Source: an uncultured Planctomycetia bacterium
GTDB taxonomy: Bacteria > Omnitrophota > Gorgyraeia > 2-02-FULL-51-18
Length of the DNA: 64,000 nt
NCBI GenBank assembly: GCA_964642015.1
Contig: CAZXLF010000005.1
Coordinates: forward strand, 139,847 to 203,846
Direction of reading: 5' to 3'
Positions 28,250 to 39,250 of the stretch are shown piece after piece. The notes beneath the pieces were generated by a model, which was not told the origin of the DNA, did not search any database, and saw only the letters and a program-made list of their open reading frames with translations. The translations under genes and the position numbers were made by a program. Position 1 is the first letter of the stretch. Every line of letters begins with the position of its first letter.

Positions 28250-28891
28250 TTAAAAAGCCGGTTCGTTCCCTGGTTTCCACTTTATGGAACAGCCAATCGC
28301 AGGTTTCTGATGTGAAGACACAGGTTTGTCCTGAAGAACCGCATCAAGTGCTTCACGCACATCTTTGCCGGTTACCGGCTTGTCATTTCCGGGCCTTGCG
28401 TCGTCAAGTTGTCCTCTGTAAACAAGCTTGCGACCTTTATCGAACAGAAAAAAATCAGGTGTTGCGACAGCCGTGTAATTTTTTGCTACCGATTGTGTTT
28501 CGTCAAAAAGAAGCGGCATCGGAAATTTATCCTGAACGGCCATTTCTTTGAGACTTTCGGGAGAATCCTGAGCATAAGCAGCGGGATCATTGGAGCTGAT
28601 CGAGACAACAGCAACGTCTTTATTTGAATAATCGTTCACTAATTGAATGATTCCGTCTTTATCACGCTGCACAAAAGGGCAATGCCGGCAAATAAACACC
28701 ACCAAAAAAGCCTTTTTGGCCAAAAAATCATCGCGAGACACAAGTTTTCCTGTCACAACGTTCGGTAATTTGAAATCAGGCGCAGAGCTTCCCAAAGGCA
28801 AAAGCCCTTTCTTTCCTGCGCTCGTTTCTGAAAACGCCACGTTTTGAAGGATCATTAATCCAAACATGATCAAAATAAATATCTTTTTCAT
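28250..28891 (-). CDS. Exported AhpC/TSA-type thioredoxin-family protein
   Basis: APDFKLP, ICRHCPFV, TPDFFLFD, YRGQLDD, GCSIKWK; signal peptide from ATG 28891. Confidence 0.88.
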   Translation of the reverse strand: MKKIFILIMFGLMILQNVAFSETSAGKKGLLPLGSSAPDFKLPNVVTGKLVSRDDFLAKKAFLVVFICRHCPFVQRDKDGIIQLVNDYSNKDVAVVSISSNDPAAYAQDSPESLKEMAVQDKFPMPLLFDETQSVAKNYTAVATPDFFLFDKGRKLVYRGQLDDARPGNDKPVTGKDVREALDAVLQDKPVSSHQKPAIGCSIKWKPGNEPAF

Positions 28892-28902
28892 AAAACATCT
28901 TC

Positions 28903-29772
28903 TCATTTTTGCATCCACTGAACACATTTCTTCATTTGATCTTTCATTTCTTGCTTAGAACCACGAAATCTTCTTCCGTGACCCGGCAACACCCATTCAA
29001 AATCATATTGAGCGAGCGTTTTCATGGACTGGACCAATTTTGGCCATGAATACCAGCACGCACCTCGAAAAGCATACAAATGCCCAAGTTCCGGTGAATA
29101 AGCCAGATGATCTCCAGTGAATAAAAATTCATTTTTAAACAAAAGCGTCGTATGCCCTTTCGTATGACCGGGAACTGGAATGACCGTGAGATCCTCCTCG
29201 AGCTTGATCGGAGCCTCTCCTTTTATCTGCATTTCGATATTTCTGGTATCCTGGCTGACATCATCCGCATGCAAAATTCTCTGGCAATGAAAATGCTTTT
29301 GGTATGCTTCGTGCTCTGCTACATCATCGCGGTGCGTTAGGTAAAGGTATTTGATCCCGCCCATTGCCTCGATATTTTTCACAAGCGGTGCCGCAAATCT
29401 GGGCGAATCAACGAGCACATTACCTGATTTTGTCTTTATAAAATAACTGGCTGCCCCGTAAGACCTTTCAGAATGATAACCGCAATAAAATACCTCATCT
29501 TTGATTTTCAGGGGAAAGGATTGAACTGCTTTACTGAGTTCATCCGGCTTACGAACCGTGCCGATGGATGCGGTGGGACAACAAACGAGCGCCTGCAAGG
29601 CCTGAAAATTTTCCGCTGGATCTGCTGGTTGGCGATAAACCGCTGACTGGCCTCCGGATTCATGAAAAGATCCTGGGGCGACCCATCGGCAAGCATCGCA
29701 ATCAATGCAGGTTTCGTCTACGAAAAAATTTCCTTCGACATTTTCGGGGCGTTTTTTGGTGATTTGAGCCAT
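28903..29772 (-). CDS. Ferredoxin-MBL-fold hydrolase fusion
   Basis: CIDCDAC...CPT ferredoxin; THRDD, PGHTKG, TGDH, PGHG. Confidence 0.88.
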   Translation of the reverse strand: MAQITKKRPENVEGNFFVDETCIDCDACRWVAPGSFHESGGQSAVYRQPADPAENFQALQALVCCPTASIGTVRKPDELSKAVQSFPLKIKDEVFYCGYHSERSYGAASYFIKTKSGNVLVDSPRFAAPLVKNIEAMGGIKYLYLTHRDDVAEHEAYQKHFHCQRILHADDVSQDTRNIEMQIKGEAPIKLEEDLTVIPVPGHTKGHTTLLFKNEFLFTGDHLAYSPELGHLYAFRGACWYSWPKLVQSMKTLAQYDFEWVLPGHGRRFRGSKQEMKDQMKKCVQWMQK

Positions 29773-29779
29773 AAAAACC

Positions 29780-31033
29780 TCAGAAGCTGTGTTCCAAAGT
29801 GCGCGGATCAAAACGCAACACACGCAATTGCTTCGCAAATGAAGCCATTGCCGCCACAATGCCTAGCGTGACGATCCCGCCTACTGCAACACATGGGATC
29901 GTACCGATCCACGAGGCCAACATACCGCTTTCAAAAGCGCCGAGTTCGTTGGAGGCAGAAATGAAAACCCAATTCGCAGCGGCAATCCGTCCTCGCATAT
30001 GATCCGGCGACAGAAGTCTCAACATTGAACGGCGAATGACGACACTGACTCCGTCGAATACACCGCTTAAAAATAATGCGCCCATTGATACCCAAAAATT
30101 TTTAGAAAAAGCAAAGAGGATGATACTAAATCCAAATCCCGCGACAGTCAAAAGCAGATTACGCCCCGCACGGGCTATCGGAGGCTTATGCGTAGCCATC
30201 AGCGTAATGAGAAGCGCTCCCAGTGAAGGTGCTGCGTTCAATAATCCCAATCCCTTTGCGCCCACGTGGAGAATATCATCCGCATAAATAGGCAAAAGCG
30301 CCACTGCCCCACCGAACAGCACCGCGAAAAGATCCAGTGCCAGAGCGCCGATAAGCGGCTGATTTTTCCAGACAAAATGCCAGCCAGCGCCGATACTTTT
30401 TAAAATAGGCTCTTCCTGTTTCAAAATTGTCTGCGACTTTTTGGGAATAAAGAACATGCAGATCAGAGAAATGATAAAACAGCCCGTAATAACAAGATAT
30501 GAACCTCTGGCGCCCCACGCGTCAAAAATAAATCCTATCGCCGCAGGGCCCGCGACCGCACAGCTCACCCATGTGCTGCTGATCCACGATGCCGCATTGA
30601 CAGTCAGATGTTTCGGCACCACCTGCGCTTCAAAAGCGGTATTGGCAGGATCCGCAAAACCGCGCGCCACTCCCGCCAAAAATATCACCGAATAAAGACT
30701 TGCCAACGACGCAGCCTGGCTCTGCCAGGAAAAATAAGCTAAAAGCGCCGCGCAAAAACATGAAACAGTCTTCGTGATTACAAGAATGCCTTGACGATTG
30801 AAGCGGTCGGCAACGTAACCGCCGAAAAGAACCAGAGAGATCGCCGGGATCGCTTCGACAAGACCCAACCAACCCAGAGAACGCGGATCATGCGTGATGC
30901 GGTAGATTTGAAATCCAATAACCACCGCCAAAGCGCGACTTGCTAACGTAAAAAAAGCGGTCGATCCGATAAAATAACGGACATCGGCTAATTTGAGGGC
31001 ATCGGTGAAATGAAAAGGTTTATCCTGGCTCAT
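29780..31033 (-). CDS. MFS transporter (EntS/Tap-like)
   Basis: About 12 TM segments, GYVADRFNR, LDLFAVLFGG, SNELGAFESG. Confidence 0.9.
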   Translation of the reverse strand: MSQDKPFHFTDALKLADVRYFIGSTAFFTLASRALAVVIGFQIYRITHDPRSLGWLGLVEAIPAISLVLFGGYVADRFNRQGILVITKTVSCFCAALLAYFSWQSQAASLASLYSVIFLAGVARGFADPANTAFEAQVVPKHLTVNAASWISSTWVSCAVAGPAAIGFIFDAWGARGSYLVITGCFIISLICMFFIPKKSQTILKQEEPILKSIGAGWHFVWKNQPLIGALALDLFAVLFGGAVALLPIYADDILHVGAKGLGLLNAAPSLGALLITLMATHKPPIARAGRNLLLTVAGFGFSIILFAFSKNFWVSMGALFLSGVFDGVSVVIRRSMLRLLSPDHMRGRIAAANWVFISASNELGAFESGMLASWIGTIPCVAVGGIVTLGIVAAMASFAKQLRVLRFDPRTLEHSF

Positions 31034-31045
31034 TAAATACCCATC

Positions 31046-31912
31046 TCAGACTCTCATATTTCTTAAGCGTTCTATTCTCTCCTTTACCGGAGGATGCGTA
31101 GAAAACAGACTCAAGATGGAATCCGTCGAAAAATGATTCACAATATAAAGATGGCTAAATGCCGGCTGAAGATGCGGTAATTCCGTCTGATTTTGAAAAT
31201 CTTTGATCAGATTAGGATCCGATATCTTCTCAAGCGCGGATGCCAAAGCAAGCGGATCGTGCGATAAATGCGCTCCCTCGTCATCGGCTAGATATTCCCG
31301 CGACCGCGAAATGGCAAGTTGAACCAGCGTCGTAGCGATTGGAGCTAAAATGATCGTAATCAGAAGTGCTATAGGATTCACTCCTCTCCTGTCGTCATCA
31401 GAGCTTCGATAACCGCCGAAGAAACTCATCCATTGAGCCATATGAGCCAGATACATGATAGCCGAAGCGATCGTCGCTGCGATCGTACAGATCAGCGTAT
31501 CTCTATCTTTAATATGGCTCATCTCATGTGAAAGAACGGCGCGAATCTCTTCTTTGTCTAAAATATTTAAAAGACCCTGCGTGACACAAACTGCGGCATG
31601 ATTTTCGTCTCTGCCCGTGGCAAAGGCATTCGGAGCCAGATCCGGCACCTTATAAACTTTGGGCATTGGGAGATTGTCACGCTGAGCCAATTCCCGGACA
31701 ATACCATAAATAGGATCGGCATCAGGAATTTCCTCAGCTTGATGGACCGAAAGTACAATCTTATCGGAATACCAATAAGAACCGATATTCATAACAAGAG
31801 ACATGATAAAAGCAAAAAATATTCCTGTCTGACCGCCCAACGTGTAGCCGATCATCAATAAGATAGCGCTTAAAACACCGAGCAATACAAAAGTCTTAAC
31901 TGTTTGACCCAT
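31046..31912 (-). CDS. htpX: Zinc metalloprotease HtpX
   Basis: PNAFATGR, HEMSH, SRSREYLAD, FSTHPP; ATG 31912 with SD and TGGTATAAT at 31937-31945. Confidence 0.93.
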   Translation of the reverse strand: MGQTVKTFVLLGVLSAILLMIGYTLGGQTGIFFAFIMSLVMNIGSYWYSDKIVLSVHQAEEIPDADPIYGIVRELAQRDNLPMPKVYKVPDLAPNAFATGRDENHAAVCVTQGLLNILDKEEIRAVLSHEMSHIKDRDTLICTIAATIASAIMYLAHMAQWMSFFGGYRSSDDDRRGVNPIALLITIILAPIATTLVQLAISRSREYLADDEGAHLSHDPLALASALEKISDPNLIKDFQNQTELPHLQPAFSHLYIVNHFSTDSILSLFSTHPPVKERIERLRNMRV

Positions 31913-31944
31913 AAGAATTGTTCCTTTTACCTTTTTATTATACC

Positions 31945-31991
31945 AAAAAAACAGGGCGCTCTTAGTCGATGAAACCAAGAGAGCCCTTTTT
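31945..31991 (-). terminator. Intrinsic terminator of atp/tRNA-Asp transcript
   Basis: AGGGCTCTCTTGG...CTAAGAGCGCCCT followed by a T-run. Confidence 0.75.
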
Positions 31992-31997
31992 ATTTAC

Positions 31998-32075
31998 TGG
32001 CGGGGCCGAAGGGTTTCGAACCCTCGATCTCCTCCGTGACAGGGAGGCGCTTTAAGCCAGCTAAGCTACGGCCCC
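31998..32075 (-). tRNA. tRNA-Asp (anticodon GTC), CCA encoded
   Basis: GGGGCCGTAGCTTAGCTGG...CCTCC-CT-GTC-AC-GGAGG...GGTTCGAAACC...CGGCCCCGCCA cloverleaf. Confidence 0.97.
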
Positions 32076-32126
32076 AATCTTATTCTAGCCGTAATCCGCC
32101 AACGCTTTAGTGGTGGACACGGCCCC
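32076..32126 (-). repeat. tRNA-Asp 5' leader element: 8-bp duplicate of tRNA 5' end, hairpin and antisense copy
   Basis: Minus strand GGGGCCGT-GTCCACCACTAAAGCGTTGGCGGATT-ACGGCT-AGAATAAGATT-tRNA. Confidence 0.72.
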
Positions 32127-32133
32127 TAAAATC

Positions 32134-32396
32134 TTATGATTGTACCTTATCCGTCAATACCAAAACTCTATTATTCAAAACTTCTAGAAAACCGCCTTCA
32201 ACTTTGAAAGTCTGGGTTTTGCCTTGAGGATCACGAAAAGTTAAATTTCCTTGTGAAACCGTCGTGATGAAAGGCGCGTGATTCGCCAAGATGCCTAAAT
32301 AGCCCAATGCTCCCGGCGCCACGACAGACACTGCCTGTCCTTCAAAAAATACTTCGGAAGGTGTTACGATCTTCAAAGTAAAAGTCGGTTCAGGCA

Positions 32397-32397
<1 letters not shown>
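32134..32397 (-). CDS. atpC: ATP synthase epsilon (short, N-terminal domain only)
   Basis: IVTP, GYLGILANHAP, GGFLEV; 87 aa. Confidence 0.93.
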
Positions 32398-33875
<1,478 letters not shown>

Positions 33876-33880
33876 TTATT

Positions 33881-34741
33881 TTATACCAAAACGCTCGCGC
33901 CACTCACAATTTCTGAGAGTTCGCGCGTGATCGTAGCCTGTCTTGTTTTGTTCCTTAAAAGTTTCAGATCATCCAATACTTCTTCGGCATTTTCTGTAGC
34001 CTGTTTCATGGCCACCATGCGCGCGCCGTATTCGGAGGTAAGCGACTCTAAAAGCATGAGGTACATTTTTCCTTCGATATAGCGTGAAAGAAGCGCAATA
34101 AAAACTTCTGCAAAATTCGGCTCATAAATATAATCGGAAGAGCCTTGATCCTCTTTGACCGTTTCCATCAAATAACTCAAGCTAAGGAACGGAGCCACTT
34201 TGACCTGTCCCGCGGTGCCGGCGCGATACGCCGCATAAAGGATCTCGATCGAATCGATTTCTCCATTCAAAAAAGCGCCTTTCAATTCTTCCGTTATTTT
34301 TTTCGTCAAAGGAAGATCCACCATCGATTTCTCAGGATAAGATCTGAGGATCGCAACGTGCCTTTTCCTAAAAAACTCATAACCGATTTTTCCGACCGGC
34401 ACAACGAACGTCTGAAAAGTGCGATTATCCGCGATCCATTGATTGGCGGCGCGGATCAAGTTCGTATTATAGGAACCGCAAAGCCCTTTATCGCCGGTCA
34501 TCACGATCAACGCCTTCTTTTTGACCGTTCTTTTTTCAAACAAAGGGTCCGATAGATTCTCGGCTTTGCTTGACAGATGCGAGACGAGTTTTTCCATCTC
34601 GACGATATAATTCTTGGACTTTGACCAGCGGTTCTCGGCTCTCTTAAAACGGAACGCGGCGATCATTTCCATCGCTTTCGTGATCTCATGGATCGAATCG
34701 ATGGATTTCATACGCCTTCGGATCTGTCTTAGAGAAGCCAT
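33881..34741 (-). CDS. atpG: ATP synthase gamma
   Basis: ITKAMEMIAA, DKGLCGSYN, RQATITRELSEIVSGA. Confidence 0.98.
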   Translation of the reverse strand: MASLRQIRRRMKSIDSIHEITKAMEMIAAFRFKRAENRWSKSKNYIVEMEKLVSHLSSKAENLSDPLFEKRTVKKKALIVMTGDKGLCGSYNTNLIRAANQWIADNRTFQTFVVPVGKIGYEFFRKRHVAILRSYPEKSMVDLPLTKKITEELKGAFLNGEIDSIEILYAAYRAGTAGQVKVAPFLSLSYLMETVKEDQGSSDYIYEPNFAEVFIALLSRYIEGKMYLMLLESLTSEYGARMVAMKQATENAEEVLDDLKLLRNKTRQATITRELSEIVSGASVLV

Positions 34742-34747
34742 CCGTGC

Positions 34748-36259
34748 TTATCCTTTTAGGAACTGACCTTTATATTCAACGGCCGATTTATCCAAACGCT
34801 GCATGATCGAATCATTCAGATCTTTTAGTTTCTCAATATCATTCACAACATCAGGATATTTTTGCGCCAAAAATTTGTAATAACCCTTTTCAAAATCCTG
34901 CACTTTTTCAAGAGGCACATCATCGATAAAACCTTTTGTCGCAATATAAATGATACTTACTTCCTGTGCGAGCGAATGCGGCACATATTGTCCTTGCTTC
35001 AGGATCTCGACAAGCCGCGAACCGCGGTTCAGCTGATCGCGCGTGGACTTATCCATGTCGGAACCAAACTGCATGAACGCCGCCAGCTCTCGGTACTGCG
35101 CCAATTCCAAACGAAGTTTACCGGCAACTTTCTTCATTGCTTTGGTTTGAGCATTTCCGCCGACGCGCGACACCGAAAGACCGACGTTGATAGCCGGACG
35201 CACACCCTGATAGAAAAGATCCGTTTCAAGATAGATCTGGCCGTCCGTAATCGAAATAACATTCGTCGGGATATAACCGGACACGTCGCCGGCTTGCGTC
35301 TCAATAATAGGAAGAGCCGTAAGACTTCCACCTTTCAGATCATCGCGAAGCTTAGCTGCACGCTCTAAAAGCCGTGAATGAAGATAGAAAACGTCGCCCG
35401 GAAACGCTTCGCGTCCCGGCGGACGTCTTAAAAGAAGTGAAAGCTCGCGGTAGGCCGCGGCGTGTTTTGTAAGATCATCATAGATCACAAGCGCGTGCAT
35501 GCCGTTATAAAGATAATATTCTCCGATCGCAGCGCCTGTATAAGGACTCAGATATTGAAGTGTCGCCGCTACATCGGCAGGGGCACTGACGATCGTCGTG
35601 TATTCCATCGCACCGCGGTCTTCCAAAATTTTTACCACCGACAAAACGCTGGAGGATTTCTGTCCCGTTGCGACATAAATACAATGAACATCTTTTCCTT
35701 TTTGGTTTAAGATCGTGTCGATGACAACCGCGGTCTTTCCAGTCTGACGGTCACCAATTATAAGTTCTCTTTGCCCGCGTCCGATAGGGATCATTCCATC
35801 AATGGCTTTGATACCGGTCTGAAGCGGTTCTTTCACGGACTGACGTGGAAGAACTTCCGGCGCGCGGAATTCAATCGGACGTGTCTCTGTGGCAACAATC
35901 GGGCCTTTGTTATCCAACGGACGGCCGAGCGGATCCACGATACGTCCCAAAAGGCCTTTTCCGACAGGAATACTTGCGATCTTGCCTGTGCGCTTGACAA
36001 TATCACCTTCATTGATGCCATGGCCTTCGCCGCAAAGCACCACACCAACATTCGTTTCTTCCAAATTAAGCGCGATACCAAGTTCACCGCCTGGAAATTC
36101 CAAAAGTTCACCGGCCATGCAGTCGTCAAGACCGTAAACGCGCGCGATTCCGTCACCGACCGAAAGGATCACGCCGGTCGATTCCATTTTGACGCCAGAT
36201 TCGTAATTTTTGATTTCCTGTTTCAGGATCTCTGCTATTTCATCCGATCGTAATGCCAT
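34748..36259 (-). CDS. atpA: ATP synthase alpha
   Basis: [31 protein letters not shown]. Confidence 0.99.
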   Translation of the reverse strand: MALRSDEIAEILKQEIKNYESGVKMESTGVILSVGDGIARVYGLDDCMAGELLEFPGGELGIALNLEETNVGVVLCGEGHGINEGDIVKRTGKIASIPVGKGLLGRIVDPLGRPLDNKGPIVATETRPIEFRAPEVLPRQSVKEPLQTGIKAIDGMIPIGRGQRELIIGDRQTGKTAVVIDTILNQKGKDVHCIYVATGQKSSSVLSVVKILEDRGAMEYTTIVSAPADVAATLQYLSPYTGAAIGEYYLYNGMHALVIYDDLTKHAAAYRELSLLLRRPPGREAFPGDVFYLHSRLLERAAKLRDDLKGGSLTALPIIETQAGDVSGYIPTNVISITDGQIYLETDLFYQGVRPAINVGLSVSRVGGNAQTKAMKKVAGKLRLELAQYRELAAFMQFGSDMDKSTRDQLNRGSRLVEILKQGQYVPHSLAQEVSIIYIATKGFIDDVPLEKVQDFEKGYYKFLAQKYPDVVNDIEKLKDLNDSIMQRLDKSAVEYKGQFLKG

Positions 36260-36270
36260 TCGTTTCTCCT

Positions 36271-36834
36271 TTAAATTTTGCGGATCTCTTTGAGATCCTT
36301 TCTGAACATTTCAAGCTGCCTTCGCGCGGTGCCATCGATGACACGGTGACCAAGCTTGACCATCACGCCTCCGATCAATAACGGCTCTACACTTTTTTTG
36401 ACCTCAATTTTATAACCGGCGATCTTTTCGAGACGCGATACGATCTGCTGTTCTTGTCTGTCATTTAACGGCATCGCGCTGTGTATCTCAACGGTAGCTT
36501 CACCGCGCGCCTGATCGGATATCCGTCTGAACGCCGAAGCGATTTCGCGTGCCAGGTCGATGCGGTGTTTTTTCAAAAGAACCGTTAAAAAGTCCAACAT
36601 CACCGCCTTTAACCCGTCCTGACCTCTGGACGGATAAAGCCGCATCAAAAATTTCCTTTTTTCCTCGATGGGAAACCGCGGATTTAAAAGAAAACGCTCC
36701 ATTTCCGGAGATTCATCCAGGCCTTCCGCGAATTGTCTCAGTTCATCGCCGATCTTCACATCCTGATCCGTCTCGACGGCAATTTCATACAACGCACGGG
36801 CGTAACGCTCGGCAGCGACAAGATCCGCCATCAA
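36271..36834 (-). CDS. atpH: ATP synthase delta
   Basis: [19 protein letters not shown]; operon position. Confidence 0.95.
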   Translation of the reverse strand: MMADLVAAERYARALYEIAVETDQDVKIGDELRQFAEGLDESPEMERFLLNPRFPIEEKRKFLMRLYPSRGQDGLKAVMLDFLTVLLKKHRIDLAREIASAFRRISDQARGEATVEIHSAMPLNDRQEQQIVSRLEKIAGYKIEVKKSVEPLLIGGVMVKLGHRVIDGTARRQLEMFRKDLKEIRKI

Positions 36835-37322
36835 TTCAATCTTTCAATTTGCTGAATGAATTGGTCGACAAGCTTTTCATTCTGCGAGGAGTCCAGCTTT
36901 TGGCTCAGGATCTTTTCGGCCATCAGTGTTGAAATTTCAACGATCTGGTTGCGCATACCGATCTTGGCTTTTGTCAGGTCCTGATCGATCTCAGCTTTGG
37001 CACGATCAATCAGCTTTTGCGAATCAACTCTCGCTTTTTCCTGAATATCGCGCGCCAATGCAAGACCTATGTTCGAAGCTTCTTGGATCTTGACGCGGGC
37101 TTCCTGTTCGATGTTGTCTAGCCGTTTGCGGTAATCTTTTTCAAGATCCTCTAGATTTTTTTTCTGCCGTTCGATCTCCGCGAATTCATCACCGATCTTT
37201 TTCCGGCGCGCGTCGATCGCACCCAGCAGTTTTCCCCAGGCAAAATGCTTGAGGATCAAAAAAACCAATCCAAAACCAAGGATCTGAACGATTATTTCGC
37301 TTAAAATTTCCTTATTACCCAT
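36831..37322 (-). CDS. atpF: ATP synthase b
   Basis: N-terminal TM followed by coiled coil; operon position. Confidence 0.95.
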   Translation of the reverse strand: MGNKEILSEIIVQILGFGLVFLILKHFAWGKLLGAIDARRKKIGDEFAEIERQKKNLEDLEKDYRKRLDNIEQEARVKIQEASNIGLALARDIQEKARVDSQKLIDRAKAEIDQDLTKAKIGMRNQIVEISTLMAEKILSQKLDSSQNEKLVDQFIQQIERLN

Positions 37323-37351
37323 GAATCACCTTTTAATAAATAATTCTTGGT

Positions 37352-37588
37352 TTAAGCGATCTTTCCCGAAAGAACGAAAACAACGACCAGCACGTAGATC
37401 GTCAAAGCTTCGATCAGCGCGCAACCGGCCATCATGTTCACGAGGATCTTTCCGGATGCTTCCGGCTGACGGGCCGTGGCTTCCATCGCCGACGCGACGG
37501 CTTTTCCTAAACCGAGCGCCGAACCGAATGCCGCGATGCCGAGCGACAACGGAAGAAAGATCGATAATGCGGTTTGAAAATTAGGCAT
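37352..37588 (-). CDS. atpE: ATP synthase c
   Basis: ARQPE loop, IEAL carboxylate. Confidence 0.97.
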   Translation of the reverse strand: MPNFQTALSIFLPLSLGIAAFGSALGLGKAVASAMEATARQPEASGKILVNMMAGCALIEALTIYVLVVVFVLSGKIA

Positions 37589-37602
37589 AATAAAATAACC
37601 TC

Positions 37603-38541
37603 CTATTGATGATTGTGTTGAACTGCATGATGATGCCCGTCCTCAGAAGAGACATGCTCTTCTTTGTGCTCGTGAGGAAGCATCATCGCGATATAGACCG
37701 TGCTTAATAGCGTGAACACAAATGCCTGAATGGTCCCTGTGACCATCGCCAGCAGCAAAAAAGGAAAATGAAGCGGTACTGCTGCCGGTATCGGCAGAAA
37801 TGCCAGCATCCCTATTCCCAAACTCATAAAAACCGCCAGCAACACATCTTCACCCCATACATTTCCATAAAGACGGAACATGAGGCTGAGCGGTTTCGCA
37901 AACTCTCCGATCAAATGAATGACAAACATGAGCGGCATTAAAATAAATCCAAAAATGTCCCGCGGCGTTCCGGCCATGTGATCCAAATAGCCGACAATGC
38001 CCTGCTCTTTGATCCCGATAAATTGAACATAAAAGAAAACAATGATCGCAAGTGCTGCTGTAACCGTCGGAACAGGAATAGTGATCGGCCCAAGATGCAT
38101 GATCAAAGATGAAGATGTCGGGGCTTTCATCAGCGGAATGAGCCCGATAAGATTCATTGCCCAAATATAAAGAAACAGCGTACCAAGGAATGGGGTATAT
38201 TTTTTTCCTTGAGGTCCCAAAATTCCGCACACAAAACCATCCAGTCCTTCAACAATCGCCTCGCACGCTGTCTGAAGCCTTCCCGGAACCTGTAACAAAT
38301 GGCGCGAAGCCAGAAAAAATATCAATGATACGAGTGAAATAACAAGAACATTGAAAATGATCGTTTCATAACGACGCAAAAACTCAGCGGCTGGTGAGTT
38401 GCCCAGATAATGAGCGATCAATTCGACAAAATTCAAAATCTCGTAGGAAGATTCTTTTTTTTCTGGGGTCTCTGCTGCGAAAGCAATGACGGGACTTGCT
38501 ATGAAAAATGCGGCTGACGATATCAAATTCCTAAGCTTCAT
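37603..38541 (-). CDS. atpB: ATP synthase a
   Basis: KPLSLMFRLYGN, IQAFVFTLLSTVYI; His-rich tail. Confidence 0.97.
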   Translation of the reverse strand: MKLRNLISSAAFFIASPVIAFAAETPEKKESSYEILNFVELIAHYLGNSPAAEFLRRYETIIFNVLVISLVSLIFFLASRHLLQVPGRLQTACEAIVEGLDGFVCGILGPQGKKYTPFLGTLFLYIWAMNLIGLIPLMKAPTSSSLIMHLGPITIPVPTVTAALAIIVFFYVQFIGIKEQGIVGYLDHMAGTPRDIFGFILMPLMFVIHLIGEFAKPLSLMFRLYGNVWGEDVLLAVFMSLGIGMLAFLPIPAAVPLHFPFLLLAMVTGTIQAFVFTLLSTVYIAMMLPHEHKEEHVSSEDGHHHAVQHNHQ

Positions 38542-38920
38542 TTTTCACCGATTTTCCCTGAGAAGTTTGCAAATTGAAGCGGATCCAAACGATCGCTAGA
38601 GCCGCAAAATACAATGTCAGACCAAGCAACACGCTGTAAACCGGAAAGGCTCTGGTCCTCAAAATAAAAAAACCGGCGACATAAAGCACCGGGAATTTAA
38701 CGATAGAGAAGATCAGAATTCTTTCATTTTGCTTCGGTTTAGGATGCAATCCCATGTCCAAAAGCTGATAGAGAAAAAAACTATTCAAAAAAACCCATAA
38801 ACTACCGATCAGAGTCCCGCAAGCCCAGGCCCAGCCTTTCGCAAAATATAATACCAAAGAAAATAAAACAGTAAGCCCAAGACCTAGAAATGAAACACTT
38901 TTAAAAAAAGAATAGTACAT
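38531..38920 (-). CDS. atpI: ATP synthase protein I-like membrane protein
   Basis: Four TM segments directly upstream of atpB. Confidence 0.75.
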   Translation of the reverse strand: MYYSFFKSVSFLGLGLTVLFSLVLYFAKGWAWACGTLIGSLWVFLNSFFLYQLLDMGLHPKPKQNERILIFSIVKFPVLYVAGFFILRTRAFPVYSVLLGLTLYFAALAIVWIRFNLQTSQGKSVKNEA

Positions 38921-38945
38921 TAAAAATTTCCCGTTGTTTCTTAAG

Positions 38946-39194
38946 CTATTTGCCCTCGTCGTCTTTTTGTATTTGTCTTAAAAGACGGAATACTTCACGT
39001 CCCGAGGCGATAAATCCTAAGAATACAAAAATTATTGTAAACCATGGATAACTATGGGCCTTACGATCGAGCCAAGAACCCAAAAAAAACCCAATGGCAG
39101 GACCTACCAGGAGAATAATGGGAATTGTGGTAAGGATACCTAACTGCTTAACTTGCGAATAAAAAGCATCCTTTTTTTCAGCCATAAAACCCAC
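38946..39194 (-). CDS. AtpZ/AtpI-family 2-TM protein
   Basis: G..LG.WLD....YPWF motif; first gene of atp operon. Confidence 0.85.
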   Translation of the reverse strand: MGFMAEKKDAFYSQVKQLGILTTIPIILLVGPAIGFFLGSWLDRKAHSYPWFTIIFVFLGFIASGREVFRLLRQIQKDDEGK

Positions 39195-39206
39195 TAATTT
39201 TGGCTA

Positions 39207-39235
39207 ATTCTAACAAGCGGGTTTTCTTTTGTCAA
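39207..39235 (-). promoter_or_regulatory. atp operon promoter TTGACA-N17-TAGAAT (with TGn)
   Basis: Near-consensus sigma70 hexamers. Confidence 0.8.
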
Positions 39236-39250
39236 TCGATGGTTTTGGAC

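Noticed and set aside
14491-32075. Genomic island or prophage bounded by the two tRNAs
   Set aside because: No integrase, no distant tRNA 3'-end att duplicate and no phage genes were seen; the duplications are local and at 5' ends.
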